From Longimicrobiales bacterium (GTDB taxonomy: Bacteria; Gemmatimonadota; Gemmatimonadetes; Longimicrobiales; Gaopeijiaceae), in assembly GCA_965203485.1 (NCBI GenBank), contig OZ241892.1, positions 928,001 to 992,000 on the forward strand: a stretch of 64,000 nt of DNA. Direction: 5' to 3'. Under the pieces are notes generated by a model. It saw only the letters and a list, made by a program, of their open reading frames with translations. It ran no database searches and was not told the origin of the DNA. The translations under genes and the position numbers were made by a program. Shown here piece by piece: positions 37,988-48,332 of this stretch. Each line of letters begins with the position of its first letter. Position 1 is the first letter of the stretch.

Positions 37988-40900
37988 GCCTTCGCTTCGC
38001 CTCGGTCCATGGCACGGGGGATGGCCTCGAAATACTCGCGAGCCAAGCGAGCGAGCGGCAAGCGGAGCGTCGAGGCGGGCGTCTCGATCCGAAGCAATCC
38101 GCCGCCGACCGAGCCGACGACGGCCGCCGGAACGCCGTGCGCGTGCGCGGTCTTCGCCACCTCCGGCAAGACGGCGGGCCGGCAGCTCGCGACGACGCGC
38201 CCGTGATCTTCGCCGAACAGCAGGGCCGCGCAGGGAAGGTCCGAAGACGGCAGGCGGACCGAGGCGCCGATGGGGTCGTCCGCGGCGCCGGGCCGCAGGC
38301 AGCTCTCGGCCAGCGTCGCGGCAAGGCCGCCCGTCGAGATGTCGTGGGCCGAGCTGAGGAGGCGCCGCCGGTTCATGGCGAGCACGGCCCGTTGCAGCGC
38401 CCGCTCGGCGGGCAGGTCCACGGCCGGAGGCTCGCCTTCGACCACGCCGTGCACGCGATGCAGATACTCGGAGCCGCCTAGTTCGCCCTTGGCGCCGCCG
38501 AGCAGCACGATCCGGTCGCCTTCGTTGCGGAAGAAGGAGCGCAGGACGGCGTCCAAGTCCTCGACCACGCCGACCATGCCCACCACGGGCGTCGGATGGA
38601 CCGGCCGGCCGTCCGTCTCGTTGTAGAACGATACGTTGCCCCCCGTGACCGGCGTCTCGAAGAACGCGCACGCGTCGCGAAGGCCGAGAACCGCCTCGCG
38701 GAACTGCCAGTACACTCCTGGCTTGAGGGGGTTGCCGAAGTTGAGGTTGTTGGTGATGGCCAAGGGGAGCGCGCCCGCGCAGGCCAAGTTGCGCGCCGCC
38801 TCCGCGACCGCTCCCATGGCGCCCGACCTGGGGTTGAGCCACGTGAAGCGTCCGTTGCAGTCCACCGTGGCCGCGACGCCCCGGTTCGTGCCCGGAATGC
38901 GCACGACGCCGGCGTCGCCCCCCGGCCGCTCGGCCGTCGCCGCCCTCACGGTGCTGTCGTACTGCTCGTAGACCCAGCGCTTCGAGGCCACGTTCGGCGA
39001 GGACAGCACGCTCCAGAAGGCGTCTTCGAGGCTCGAGCTCGGGGCGGCCGCGTAGCCGGACACGTCGGCCGTTCGGCGCGCCCGCGCTTCCGGCGCTTCC
39101 TTGCCTTCGCGTTCGTAGGCCGGGCATCCCTCCGTGAGCGGCCGCACGGGAACGTCGGCCACGACTCGGCCGCCTTCCACCACGCGAAACGTTCCGGAGC
39201 CCGTGACCCGTCCGACGACCGCGGCCTCGAGTTCCCATTTCTCGAGAACGGCGCGCACGGCGTCCTCCGAACCCGCGCGGGCGACCACGAGCATCCGCTC
39301 CTGCGATTCCGACAGCAGGATCTCGTACGGCGTCATCCCCGGCTCCCGGACCGGCACGGCCGACACGTCGATCTCCACGCCGTTGCCCGCCCGCCCGGCC
39401 ATCTCGGCGCCGCTCGACGTGAGGCCCGCTGCGCCCATGTCCTGGATGCCCACGATGTGGCCGCTGGCGATCAGCTCCAGCGACGCCTCCAGCAGGAGCT
39501 TCTCGGTGAAGGGGTCGCCCACCTGCACTTGCGGCCGGCTCGCCTCCTCCTGGTCCGCGGAGAGCTCCCCGGACGCGAACGTGGCGCCGTGGATGCCGTC
39601 TCGCCCGGTCCTCGCCCCCACGGCCATCAGCGTGTTGCCCACGCCCTCGGCCGTCCCGCGTATCAGGTCGTCGCGCTTCAGGAGGCCCAGGCACATGGCG
39701 TTGACGACCGGGTTGTCGGCGTAGCCCGAATCGAAGTGGACCTCGCCGCCGATGCAGGGGACGCCGACGCAGTTGCCGTAGTCGCCGATGCCCTTGACCA
39801 CGCCGGCGAACAAGTAGCGGGAGCGCGCCGAGTCCAGATCGCCGAAGCGCAACGAATTCAGGGTGGCCACCGGGCGGGCACCCATCGTGAAGATGTCGCG
39901 CAGGATGCCGCCGACGCCGGTCGCGGCGCCCTGGTACGGCTCCACAGCGGAGGGGTGGTTGTGCGATTCGATCTTGAAGGCCAGCGCGAAGCCGCCGCCC
40001 ACGTCGACGACGCCGGCGTTCTCGCCCGGTCCTTGAACGACCCAGGGCGCGCTCGTCGGCAGGAGGCGAAGCAGGCGCTTGGAGTTCTTGTAGCCGCAGT
40101 GCTCCGACCACATGGCCGAAAAGACGCCGAGCTCGGTGAAGGTCGGCTCCCGGCCCAGAATCCGCTTGACCTGCCGGTACTCGTCGGCGGGAAGGCCGTG
40201 CTCGGAGGCGAGTTCCGGCGTCACCTCGGGGTCGCCGGGGCGGGGCGCCGGTTCGGTTGCCGGGTCCGTGGCGCCGCCGCGAGCGGACGAAGCGGCTGGA
40301 GGGCCGGTTCCGGCCTCGGCCAGCGCGACGGCGGCCCTCGCGCGTCCGGGGTCGCGTGCGCGCGGGCCGTTGAGACGTTCGGTGGGCGCGGCATGTCGCC
40401 CGCCGTGCCGCCGTCCTCCGCGCTCGACCATCGAGGCGAAGAAGGGCAGGCCGTCCGTGGTGCCCAAGACGGTCTCGACGGCGCGGTCGGGGTGGGGCAT
40501 CATGCCGAGCACGTTGCCTCGTTCGTTGACGATGCCGGCGATCTGGTTCAGCGAGCCGTTGGGATTGCCGCGCTCGTCGGCCGATCCGGAGGCGTCGCAG
40601 TAGCGGAACACCACTCGGCCGCCGTCCTCGAGCGCCGCCAGGGTCTCGGCGTCCGCATAGTACGCGCCGTCGGCGTGGGCGAGGGGCATGCGGAGAACCG
40701 GACGGCGGCGCTCGGCTTCGGTCGCGGGGCCGCGGGCGGCGGAGGCACGGTCGCGTGGCTCGCGCGCGGCGTCGGCGCGAGTCTCCGCGTACGCCGACGT
40801 GAACGGCGTGTCGGTCCGCTCGACGCGCAGGTGGCAGTCGTGGGACTGGAAGCGGAGCGATCGGTTGCGCAGCAGGGCCCCCGGCAACAGGCCCGCTTCG

Positions 40901-41175
40901 CACAGCGCCTGGAAGCCGTTGCAGATGCCTGCGACTAGTCCGCCGCCGCGCGCGAACGCGGCCACGGCTTCCATTACTGGGCTGAAGCGCGCGATGGCGC
41001 CCGGCCGCAGATAGTCGCCGTGGGCGAATCCGCCCGGAACGATCACCACGTCGGCGTCCTCCAGCGACGTGTTTCGATGCCACACGAGCCGGGCCGTCCC
41101 GCCCGCCCGCTCCACCGCTCGGACGCAGTCCTGGTCGCAGTTGGAGCCGGGGAACGTGACGACGGCCGCCTTCAC
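37984..41175 (-). CDS. purL: FGAM synthase as one ORF: N-terminal PurQ glutaminase, linker, small-type PurL
   Basis: FPGSNCD, GICNGFQ, GMMPHP (PurQ) followed in frame by [28 protein letters not shown] (PurL); no stop between them. Confidence 0.92.
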   Translation of the reverse strand: MKAAVVTFPGSNCDQDCVRAVERAGGTARLVWHRNTSLEDADVVIVPGGFAHGDYLRPGAIARFSPVMEAVAAFARGGGLVAGICNGFQALCEAGLLPGALLRNRSLRFQSHDCHLRVERTDTPFTSAYAETRADAAREPRDRASAARGPATEAERRRPVLRMPLAHADGAYYADAETLAALEDGGRVVFRYCDASGSADERGNPNGSLNQIAGIVNERGNVLGMMPHPDRAVETVLGTTDGLPFFASMVERGGRRHGGRHAAPTERLNGPRARDPGRARAAVALAEAGTGPPAASSARGGATDPATEPAPRPGDPEVTPELASEHGLPADEYRQVKRILGREPTFTELGVFSAMWSEHCGYKNSKRLLRLLPTSAPWVVQGPGENAGVVDVGGGFALAFKIESHNHPSAVEPYQGAATGVGGILRDIFTMGARPVATLNSLRFGDLDSARSRYLFAGVVKGIGDYGNCVGVPCIGGEVHFDSGYADNPVVNAMCLGLLKRDDLIRGTAEGVGNTLMAVGARTGRDGIHGATFASGELSADQEEASRPQVQVGDPFTEKLLLEASLELIASGHIVGIQDMGAAGLTSSGAEMAGRAGNGVEIDVSAVPVREPGMTPYEILLSESQERMLVVARAGSEDAVRAVLEKWELEAAVVGRVTGSGTFRVVEGGRVVADVPVRPLTEGCPAYEREGKEAPEARARRTADVSGYAAAPSSSLEDAFWSVLSSPNVASKRWVYEQYDSTVRAATAERPGGDAGVVRIPGTNRGVAATVDCNGRFTWLNPRSGAMGAVAEAARNLACAGALPLAITNNLNFGNPLKPGVYWQFREAVLGLRDACAFFETPVTGGNVSFYNETDGRPVHPTPVVGMVGVVEDLDAVLRSFFRNEGDRIVLLGGAKGELGGSEYLHRVHGVVEGEPPAVDLPAERALQRAVLAMNRRRLLSSAHDISTGGLAATLAESCLRPGAADDPIGASVRLPSSDLPCAALLFGEDHGRVVASCRPAVLPEVAKTAHAHGVPAAVVGSVGGGLLRIETPASTLRLPLARLAREYFEAIPRAMDRGEAKA

Positions 41176-41447
41176 CGGGCTTCCTTGGCAATCGCTCCGG
41201 CGGCGTCGCGAATCTCGAAGTTCTCGGTCACCGGATTGGCGAGCAGCTTGCGGCACATTGCGCGGACTTGATCGCGCGCGGCTGCGGCGGACGGCGCGCG
41301 CACGTCCAGAAAGATCGCCTTTCCGGAGCGGACTTCTTCGACGGCGTCGTAGCCGAGAGCCGCCAGCGCCTGCTGGATCGCCTTGCCCTGCGGGTCCAGG
41401 AGTCCAGCCCTGGGCGCGACGACGACTTCGAGTCTGTATCGATTCAA
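41172..41447 (-). CDS. purS: FGAM synthase subunit PurS
   Basis: [31 protein letters not shown] start. Confidence 0.93.
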   Translation of the reverse strand: MNRYRLEVVVAPRAGLLDPQGKAIQQALAALGYDAVEEVRSGKAIFLDVRAPSAAAARDQVRAMCRKLLANPVTENFEIRDAAGAIAKEAR

Positions 41448-41530
41448 CGGGGCGTCCCTGCTTTCATGGGGCTGTGGCCCGGCGACGTGGCCCGCGGCCT
41501 TGGGTTGCGGTTCGCGGGAGCCGTCGCGCT

Positions 41531-42469
41531 CTACGTGTTGTCGCGGCCCGCTCGGCGAGGCTCTCCGCCCGGCGCCAGGCCGTCGTAGTCCACTTCGCGC
41601 TCCTGCAAGGGCTCGCCGTCTTCGTCGATGAGCGGATCTCGGTCGGGCAGGCGATCGAGGAGCCCCAGGAACGCGGAGCGCATCAGCGCCCAGAGCGTGT
41701 AGGCGGCGGTCCCCGGATAGAACACGTAGCGCGGCGCCGCCAGTGCGAGCACGGCGGTCGCCGCCATGAGAGCCGCGCTCGCTCGCCCGCGGGACGTGCG
41801 CAGGTTGACGCGCGGCACCATGGCGTACGGCACGTGGCTCAGCATCAAGATCGAGAGCAGCACCATCGAGATCGCCACGATCTGCGTCCACGGTAGCGCC
41901 ACGAGGTGGTCCTGGTAGAACGCAGTCTGCGAAAAGGGATAGTGCGTGGCCAGCACGATCGCCGCCGCCGGCGACGGCAGTCCGTGAAAACGGCGGCCTG
42001 CTTCGCCGCCCGTCTCGACCGTGAACCGCGCCAAGCGTCCGACGACCGCGGTCAGGTAGACGAAGCCGATCACCCATCCCCAGTCCGACTCGCCGAAGTG
42101 CAGCCGAATCATCAGCGCCGCCGGAGCCACGCCGAAGGAGACCGCGTCGGTCAGCGAGTCCAGTTGCGCGCCGAAGGCCGAGCCCGTGCGCGTGAACCGG
42201 GCGATCCTCCCGTCCAGGAGGTCGAGCGTCGCCGCCACGACGACGAACCATCCGGCCAGGGCGAACTCGTCGCGCATCGCCGCCACGATCGCGTACAGAC
42301 CGAAGAACAGATTCCCGACCGTGAACGCCGACGGCAGGATGACGATGCCGCGACGGAGCGTGCCGCGCGCGGGCATGCGGCCGGAAACGCCGTCCGGGCG
42401 GTTCTGCCGGCTTCCGTCGGGGCGGCGGGTCCAGGCGCCGGGGCTCTCGTCGCCGTGGTGGGCGCTCAC
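41531..42469 (-). CDS. pssA: CDP-diacylglycerol--serine O-phosphatidyltransferase
   Basis: LPSAFTVGNLFFG, DGRIAR..S.FG.QLDSL.D..SFGVAP, RLARF, F.GLPSP. Confidence 0.92.
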   Translation of the reverse strand: MSAHHGDESPGAWTRRPDGSRQNRPDGVSGRMPARGTLRRGIVILPSAFTVGNLFFGLYAIVAAMRDEFALAGWFVVVAATLDLLDGRIARFTRTGSAFGAQLDSLTDAVSFGVAPAALMIRLHFGESDWGWVIGFVYLTAVVGRLARFTVETGGEAGRRFHGLPSPAAAIVLATHYPFSQTAFYQDHLVALPWTQIVAISMVLLSILMLSHVPYAMVPRVNLRTSRGRASAALMAATAVLALAAPRYVFYPGTAAYTLWALMRSAFLGLLDRLPDRDPLIDEDGEPLQEREVDYDGLAPGGEPRRAGRDNT

Positions 42470-43308
42470 GAGGCGTCGGCGCGGGGCGCGGCCGCGTCGC
42501 TAGCCGCCATGCCCGTCTCGCCGTGTGCTTCTTCGCCCGCCGCGTTGGCGGTGTCGCTGGCGCCCGTCGCGATTGCCTTGCCCCGGGGCCGTCCATCCGC
42601 CGCGTCGTCGTCGCCGCCGGTCCGTGCCACGACAGTCTCGCCGCCCCGCACGCGGTCGCCGGGCCGCGCGCCGGCCGGCCAATCTCGCGGAAGGAAGAGT
42701 TCCACTCGCGATCCGAAGCGGATCAGCCCAATGCGCTCGCCATGGGCCAAGCGGTCTCCCGCTCGGGGATAGGTGGCGATGCGGCGCGCGGCCCAGCCGG
42801 CGACTTGGCGCACGACGACCGGGCCGCGGTCGGTGACGACGCCGAGGGACGCCCGCTCGTTGCGGACGCCCGCCTCCTTGCGCCATGCAGCCATGTAGCC
42901 GCCCCTCTCGTACTCGTACCATTGCACGCTCCCGGCGAGCGGCGCGCGCTGCACGTGTACGTCGAAGATGCTGAGGAAGATCGCGATCCGCGTGGCCTCG
43001 CCGTCCATGAACGCGGCAATCCCCGCGTCGGAGGCTTCCACCGTCTCCACGCTCACGACTCGGCCGTCCGCCGGCGAGACGACCGCCGAGGCGTCCGCCG
43101 GGGGCCGTCTCCCGGGATCGCGGAAAAAGTACGCGACGAACAGAACGGCCGCCCCAGCCAGCAAGGGAGCGGCGAGCCTGCCGCCCCCGCCGCCCGTTGC
43201 GGCCCAAGCCGCCGAGACGGCGAGGAGGGACAGCGCCGCCGAGACGAACGGGACGCCTTCGCGAGCCAGACCGAGCGTCCGGCGCGCGCGGCCCGGACCG
43301 GGGCTCAC
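42466..43308 (-). CDS. psd: Phosphatidylserine decarboxylase
   Basis: FFRDP.R, SPADGRV, IFLSIFDVHVQR, IRFGSRV cleavage motif. Confidence 0.92.
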   Translation of the reverse strand: MSPGPGRARRTLGLAREGVPFVSAALSLLAVSAAWAATGGGGGRLAAPLLAGAAVLFVAYFFRDPGRRPPADASAVVSPADGRVVSVETVEASDAGIAAFMDGEATRIAIFLSIFDVHVQRAPLAGSVQWYEYERGGYMAAWRKEAGVRNERASLGVVTDRGPVVVRQVAGWAARRIATYPRAGDRLAHGERIGLIRFGSRVELFLPRDWPAGARPGDRVRGGETVVARTGGDDDAADGRPRGKAIATGASDTANAAGEEAHGETGMAASDAAAPRADAS

Positions 43309-44225
43309 GCGTCGAACTCCGGCGGCTCGAACTCCTCGAGCTCCGATCCGGTCAGCTTGCGGAACAGGCGCAGGTAGCGCTCCGACGCGGCCTCGGTCAC
43401 GGCCTTCGGCAGCGGCGGCGGAGGCGGGCGCCGGTTCCATCCGGGGACGGCGCTCAAATAGTCGCGGATGGGTTGCTTGTCCATGGACGGCTGGGACCCG
43501 CCGGGCGTGAAGCCGCGCGCGGGCCAGAAGCGCGACGAGTCGGGCGTCAGCGCTTCGTCGATCAGGAGCGCTTGCCCGCCCGGCGCCGCGCCGAACTCGA
43601 ACTTGGTGTCGGCCAGCACGAGTCCCCGCTCGCGCGCGGCGCCCGCCGCGCACGCGAAGATCGCCAGCGAGCGGCGGCGAAGCTCCTCCGCGAGATCGCG
43701 GCCCAGAATCGACGCGGCCCTGCCGAACGTGATGTTCTCGTCGTGCCCTTGTTGCGCCTTGGTGGCCGGCGAGAACACCGGCGGATCGAGAGCGGCCCCT
43801 TCAACTAGCCCGGACGGCGCCGGCTCGCCCGCCAGCGTCCCGGACTCGCGGTACTCCTTCCAGGCGGAGCCGGCGAGGAAGCCGCGCACCACGCACTCGA
43901 CGGGCGCGGGCCCGGTCTCGCGCACCAGGCTGGCGCGCCCCTCCCACCGGTCGGTGCATCGCGCAAGAACGGGGACGGCGCGGCAGATCGCCTCCGTGCT
44001 CACGGCGACGAGGTGGTGCGGCTCCCGGGCGAGGCGCCCGCCCAGCCACCACGCCGTCAGCTGGGTCAGCACCCGGCCTTTGTGCGGCACGGCCTCGTCC
44101 ATGACCACGTCGAAGGCGCTCACGCGGTCCGTGGCGAGCAGGAGCAGTCGTCCGCCGGGCGCGCGGTAGACGTCGCGCACCTTGCCGCGTCGCAGCAGCG
44201 GCAACGGCAGATCGCTCCGCAGCAC
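43305..44225 (-). CDS. purC: SAICAR synthase
   Basis: GKVRDVY, TDRVSAFD, ECVVRG, ADTKFEFG, TPDSSRFW, DKQ. Confidence 0.96.
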   Translation of the reverse strand: MLRSDLPLPLLRRGKVRDVYRAPGGRLLLLATDRVSAFDVVMDEAVPHKGRVLTQLTAWWLGGRLAREPHHLVAVSTEAICRAVPVLARCTDRWEGRASLVRETGPAPVECVVRGFLAGSAWKEYRESGTLAGEPAPSGLVEGAALDPPVFSPATKAQQGHDENITFGRAASILGRDLAEELRRRSLAIFACAAGAARERGLVLADTKFEFGAAPGGQALLIDEALTPDSSRFWPARGFTPGGSQPSMDKQPIRDYLSAVPGWNRRPPPPPLPKAVTEAASERYLRLFRKLTGSELEEFEPPEFDA

Positions 44226-44237
44226 CGGGCGTGCTCG

Positions 44238-45698
44238 TCAGACCCGGACGTCGTCGTCGCCGATTCGCCGCTCGTCGGAGCGGACGGCGCGGAGGCGCTC
44301 CAGCTCCGGGCGGGCGTGCTCGTCGAGGAACGCGTCCACTTGGCGGGGCGCGCGTCCGACGAGCCGGTCCGGCCGGGCCATCTCGCGCATCTCGTCCGCG
44401 CTCGTTCCCAACGCCTCGTCGCCGGCGATGCGCTCGACCAGCTCGGGATCCTTCCCCTCGGTGGCGCGGCGGGCCGCCTCGAGCGCGTGCACTCGCATCC
44501 GCTCGTGCAGCTCCTGGCGGTCGCCTCCGGCCGCGGACGCTTTCAGAAGCGCCGCCTCGAGCGCCATGAACGGCAAGTGGGCGGCCAAGTTCGCGTCCAC
44601 GACCCGCGAGTTCACGCGCAGGCCTCCGGCCACGTTCGCCGCCAGCAGCAAGACGGCGTCCGTGGACATGTACGCGTCCGGCACGGCCAGCCGCTTGTTG
44701 GCGGAATCGTCGAGCGTCCGTTCGAGCCATTGCGTCGCCGCCGTGTGGGCGGGATCGGAGGCCAGTACCACCACGTGGCGAGCGAGCGCGCATATCCGCT
44801 CCGACCGCATCGGGTTGCGCTTGTACGGCATCGCCGACGACCCCACCTGTTCCTCCTCGAACGGCTCCTCCACTTCGCGCAGATGAGCCAGCAGGCGGAC
44901 GTCGTGGGCCATCTTCGACGCCGAAGCCGCCACGCCCGCCAAGCACGACAACATGGCGTAGTCCACCTTGCGCGGGTACGTCTGCCCGGAGACGGGGTAG
45001 GCCGACTCGAAGCCCAGGCGGCGGCACACGGCGGCTTCCATCGCGGCCACCTTGGCGTGGTCGCCGCCGCAGAGCTGGAGGAACGACGCCTGCGTGCCGG
45101 TCGTGCCGCGAAGGCCGCGCAGCCGCAACGACCGCAGCCGGTGCTCGATCTCCTCGACGTCCAGGAGGAGGTCCTGCATCCAGAGGGTGACGCGCTTGCC
45201 CACGGTCGTGGGCTGGGCGGGCTGGAAGTGCGTGTAGGCGAGCGCCGGGGTGGCCCGGTGGGCCTCCGCGATGCGGGCCAGCGCTTCGAGGGCGTCCGCC
45301 GCCCGGTCGCGGACCAGCCGCATGGCGGCGCGATGCTGGACGATGTCGGTGTTGTCGGTCACGAAGGCGCTCGTGGCGCCCAAGTGGAGGAAGGGACGGG
45401 CGGCCGGAGCCGCGTCGCCGAACGCATGCACATGCGCCATCACGTCGTGGCGGAAGCGGCGCTCGTACCCGGCGACGGCGGCGAGGTCGATGTCGTCCAG
45501 GGTCGCGCGCATCTCCTCCAGCGCCTGGGCGGGGATGCCGATTCCGGCTTCTCTCTGCGCCTCGGCGAGGGCCAGCCAGAGACGCCGCCACGTCCCGAAG
45601 CGAAACGCGGGCGCGAAGACGCGCTCCATCCGGCGCGACGCGTAGCGGGCCGCCAGCGGATGGCGGTAGCGGTCCGCGGCGCCGCGCCCTAGGTCCAC
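44238..45698 (-). CDS. purB: Adenylosuccinate lyase (start approximate)
   Basis: HDVMAHV, HLGATS, THFQPAQ, GSSAMPYKRNPMRSE. Confidence 0.95.
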   Translation of the reverse strand: MDLGRGAADRYRHPLAARYASRRMERVFAPAFRFGTWRRLWLALAEAQREAGIGIPAQALEEMRATLDDIDLAAVAGYERRFRHDVMAHVHAFGDAAPAARPFLHLGATSAFVTDNTDIVQHRAAMRLVRDRAADALEALARIAEAHRATPALAYTHFQPAQPTTVGKRVTLWMQDLLLDVEEIEHRLRSLRLRGLRGTTGTQASFLQLCGGDHAKVAAMEAAVCRRLGFESAYPVSGQTYPRKVDYAMLSCLAGVAASASKMAHDVRLLAHLREVEEPFEEEQVGSSAMPYKRNPMRSERICALARHVVVLASDPAHTAATQWLERTLDDSANKRLAVPDAYMSTDAVLLLAANVAGGLRVNSRVVDANLAAHLPFMALEAALLKASAAGGDRQELHERMRVHALEAARRATEGKDPELVERIAGDEALGTSADEMREMARPDRLVGRAPRQVDAFLDEHARPELERLRAVRSDERRIGDDDVRV

Positions 45699-47197
45699 TC
45701 GAGCCGTCCGGTGCGGACGGTGCGGCCGTCCCGTTCGAAGACGAGCACGAAGGGCCGCTGGCGCCGCTGTGCGCGCCGAAGTTCCCGGGCCGCGTCGTCG
45801 GCCGTGCGCAGGCGCCGGTTGTTGACGGCCAGAAGCACGTCTCCCGCCGCCAGCCCCGTGACCTGCGAGAGCGTTCCCGAGATTGTGACGACGAGCGCGC
45901 CGTAGGACGCCGCGAGCCGGCGCTCGGCGCGGATGGCGGGCGTGACCGTGACCACTTCCAAGTCGTCCAGAAGTTCGATCCTCGCGGCAGTGGACGACGG
46001 CACGCCGACCGCCGCGATCCCGACGGAACCCGCCCCCTCGAGCACGAGCGTCGTCCGGTCGCCCGCCCTCAGGTCGAGCATCGCCGCGGCGAAGTCCAGC
46101 GGCGTGGCCATCCGCTTGCCCGCCGCTTCCAGCAACCTCGTCCCGGCTCGGATGCCCGCCGCGGCGGCAGGGGAACCCGGCGCCACGCGCGCCACCCGCA
46201 CGCCTCGCGAGCGTCCGAAGCCGTCGGCCTCGACCGCGTCCACCTCCAGTCCCGTCCAAGCGCGCCGAACCCGGCCGTGCTGGATCAGGTCCCCGGCCAC
46301 CCGCAGCGCGCGGTCGATGGGGATGGCGAAACCGAGTCCCTCGCTGCCGCCCGACCGCGAGAGGATCGACGTGTTGACGCCCACGACCTCGCCCAGCGCG
46401 TTGACGAGCGGGCCGCCCGAGTTGCCGGGGTTGATCGAAGCGTCCGTTTGGATCATGCCCAGGTACACTCCCTCGTCGCCTCCGGACACGATGTGCCGGC
46501 CGACGGCGCTCACGACCCCGGCCGTCACCGACGGTTCGGGATTGGACAGCAGGCCGCCGAAGGGGTTTCCGATGGCGACCGTCCACTCGCCGATGAGGAG
46601 CCCGTCGGCCGTTCCCAGCGGCGCCACGGGCAGGCGGCGCGCGCCTTCCAGCTCGAGCACGGCCACGTCGGTCCGCGGATCGGCTCCCGCCAAGCGCGCT
46701 TCGAAGTCGCGGCCGTCCGGCAACGTCACGAGAATCTGCGCGGCGTTCTCCACGACGTGGTGGTTCGTGAGCACCGTTCCGTCCGCGTTCACCACGAACC
46801 CGGAGCCTAGGCCGCGCGTTTCTCGAAACGGCAGAAAGTAGTCCTCGAAGAAGCTGGCGCGCCTCACCCGCTCCCGGCGCAGCACCGACACGGCGACGAC
46901 GGCGGGCGCCACGCGGCGGGCGGCGCGGACGATCGCCGTCGAGCGGCTCTCGGCGACCGCGTCCGGCCGCGCCCGGGCGGACTGGGCCGCCGCTGGGGCT
47001 TCGCGGGCCGCCGCGCCGGCCGCGAAGACCGTGGTCGCGAGCATGGCTCTGCGGGCTCCGCGGCCAACCCGCCCGGTGCGCGCCAAGTCCGCCCCTCGCG
47101 CGCCGGCCAGCGACCGGAAGCCGGCTCTCGTCGCCTCGGCGTCGCCGGGACGGTCGCCGCCGCGCGAATCGGCGTCGCGGCCGTGGAGCCCGGTCAT
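45689..47197 (-). CDS. HtrA/DegP-family serine protease with PDZ domains (start could be 47045)
   Basis: GLGSGF, TNHHVV, DVAVL, QTDASINPGNSGGPL, GLGFAIP. Confidence 0.93.
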   Translation of the reverse strand: MTGLHGRDADSRGGDRPGDAEATRAGFRSLAGARGADLARTGRVGRGARRAMLATTVFAAGAAAREAPAAAQSARARPDAVAESRSTAIVRAARRVAPAVVAVSVLRRERVRRASFFEDYFLPFRETRGLGSGFVVNADGTVLTNHHVVENAAQILVTLPDGRDFEARLAGADPRTDVAVLELEGARRLPVAPLGTADGLLIGEWTVAIGNPFGGLLSNPEPSVTAGVVSAVGRHIVSGGDEGVYLGMIQTDASINPGNSGGPLVNALGEVVGVNTSILSRSGGSEGLGFAIPIDRALRVAGDLIQHGRVRRAWTGLEVDAVEADGFGRSRGVRVARVAPGSPAAAAGIRAGTRLLEAAGKRMATPLDFAAAMLDLRAGDRTTLVLEGAGSVGIAAVGVPSSTAARIELLDDLEVVTVTPAIRAERRLAASYGALVVTISGTLSQVTGLAAGDVLLAVNNRRLRTADDAARELRRAQRRQRPFVLVFERDGRTVRTGRLEWT

Positions 47198-48108
47198 GCG
47201 TCCTCTCCGCGTTCGATGCCGGGACAGCGGGCGTCGCGCGAATCCGGGTCGCCCTGCCGCGCGGTCCGGTTCGGCGCCCGCTGCGCACCGTTCGAATAGG
47301 CCACGTGGGCGAGGCACAAGCCCTGGGGCGGCGCCGGAGGCGAGGTGGCGAGGCTCGGCTCTCCCTGCAGCAAGCCCGCCACGTCGCTCGCTGGTCGCGC
47401 ACCGAGGCCGATTCCAGCCATCGTCCCCACCAAGTACCGCACCATCCGGTGCAGGAACCGGTTCGCGGTGATCTCGAAGACGGCGCCGAAGGGACCCGCA
47501 TCTCCGGCGTCCCGCGCCGCTTCCGCGGAGCCCGTCGCCTGCCGCCATCCCAGGGCTTCCCATTCGCGCCAGCGTGCCCGCTCCACGTTGCAGACGTAGC
47601 CGCGCTCGGGCTGGCCCGTCTTTGCGAAGGCCCGAAAGTCGTGCTCGCCGGGCAGGACGGAGGCCGCCTCGCGGGCGCGGTCCAAGTCCATCGCCCTGCC
47701 CAGCGGCCAGCACCAGCGCCGGCGGAAGGGCGACGCGGACGCCGGCGCCAGTCCGACCCGGTAGACGTACGTCCGCGAGGACGCGTCGCGTCGCGGATCG
47801 AAGCGGTTGGGCGCGACCTCGGCGCGTTCGACCCAGATCGCGTCGGGCAACAGCGCGTTGAGCGACCGGGCCAGGGCGCTTCCCGTCCAAGACGCCGGAA
47901 GGTCCAGGGCCGCGACCTGTCCGCACGCGTGCACGCCGGCGTCGGTGCGCCCCGCCCCCAGGACGCGACGCTCCCCGCCCGCCAGCCTCGTTGCCGCGCG
48001 CTCGAGTTCGCCTTGGACCGTGAGGCCCTCGGCCTGGGCCTGCCACCCGCGGAAGGCCGCGCCGTCGTAGTGGAGCGTCAGCTTGAAGCGCGCGTTCCGT
48101 TCGCTCAT
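47194..48108 (-). CDS. truA: tRNA pseudouridine(38-40) synthase TruA
   Basis: YDGAAFRGWQ.Q, AGRTDAGVHA.GQ, GEHDF..F, FLHRMVR, APPQGLCL. Confidence 0.95.
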   Translation of the reverse strand: MSERNARFKLTLHYDGAAFRGWQAQAEGLTVQGELERAATRLAGGERRVLGAGRTDAGVHACGQVAALDLPASWTGSALARSLNALLPDAIWVERAEVAPNRFDPRRDASSRTYVYRVGLAPASASPFRRRWCWPLGRAMDLDRAREAASVLPGEHDFRAFAKTGQPERGYVCNVERARWREWEALGWRQATGSAEAARDAGDAGPFGAVFEITANRFLHRMVRYLVGTMAGIGLGARPASDVAGLLQGEPSLATSPPAPPQGLCLAHVAYSNGAQRAPNRTARQGDPDSRDARCPGIERGEDA

Positions 48109-48332
48109 TGTCCCCGCCAAGGTTCTGCCGCCGAGACCGCTTGCGGCGGCGCCTCGTCGGCTTCCCAGCGCCAAGGCGAAGCTAGCCGTCGAGCCGAGGC
48201 CAGTCAAAAAGGCGCCGCCGCCAGCGACCAGCGCCCGCCCGCCGCCCCCGCAAGCCGGGGCTCCGGACTCGGAGCGCCGTTGCCCGGCGGCCGGCGAAGT
48301 GCAAGTATTAGATCCCTCCGAACCGACGAGCC

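Noticed and set aside
48109..48332. trp attenuator or leader peptide upstream of trpD
   Set aside because: No short ORF with tandem Trp codons and no terminator hairpin with a U-tract seen
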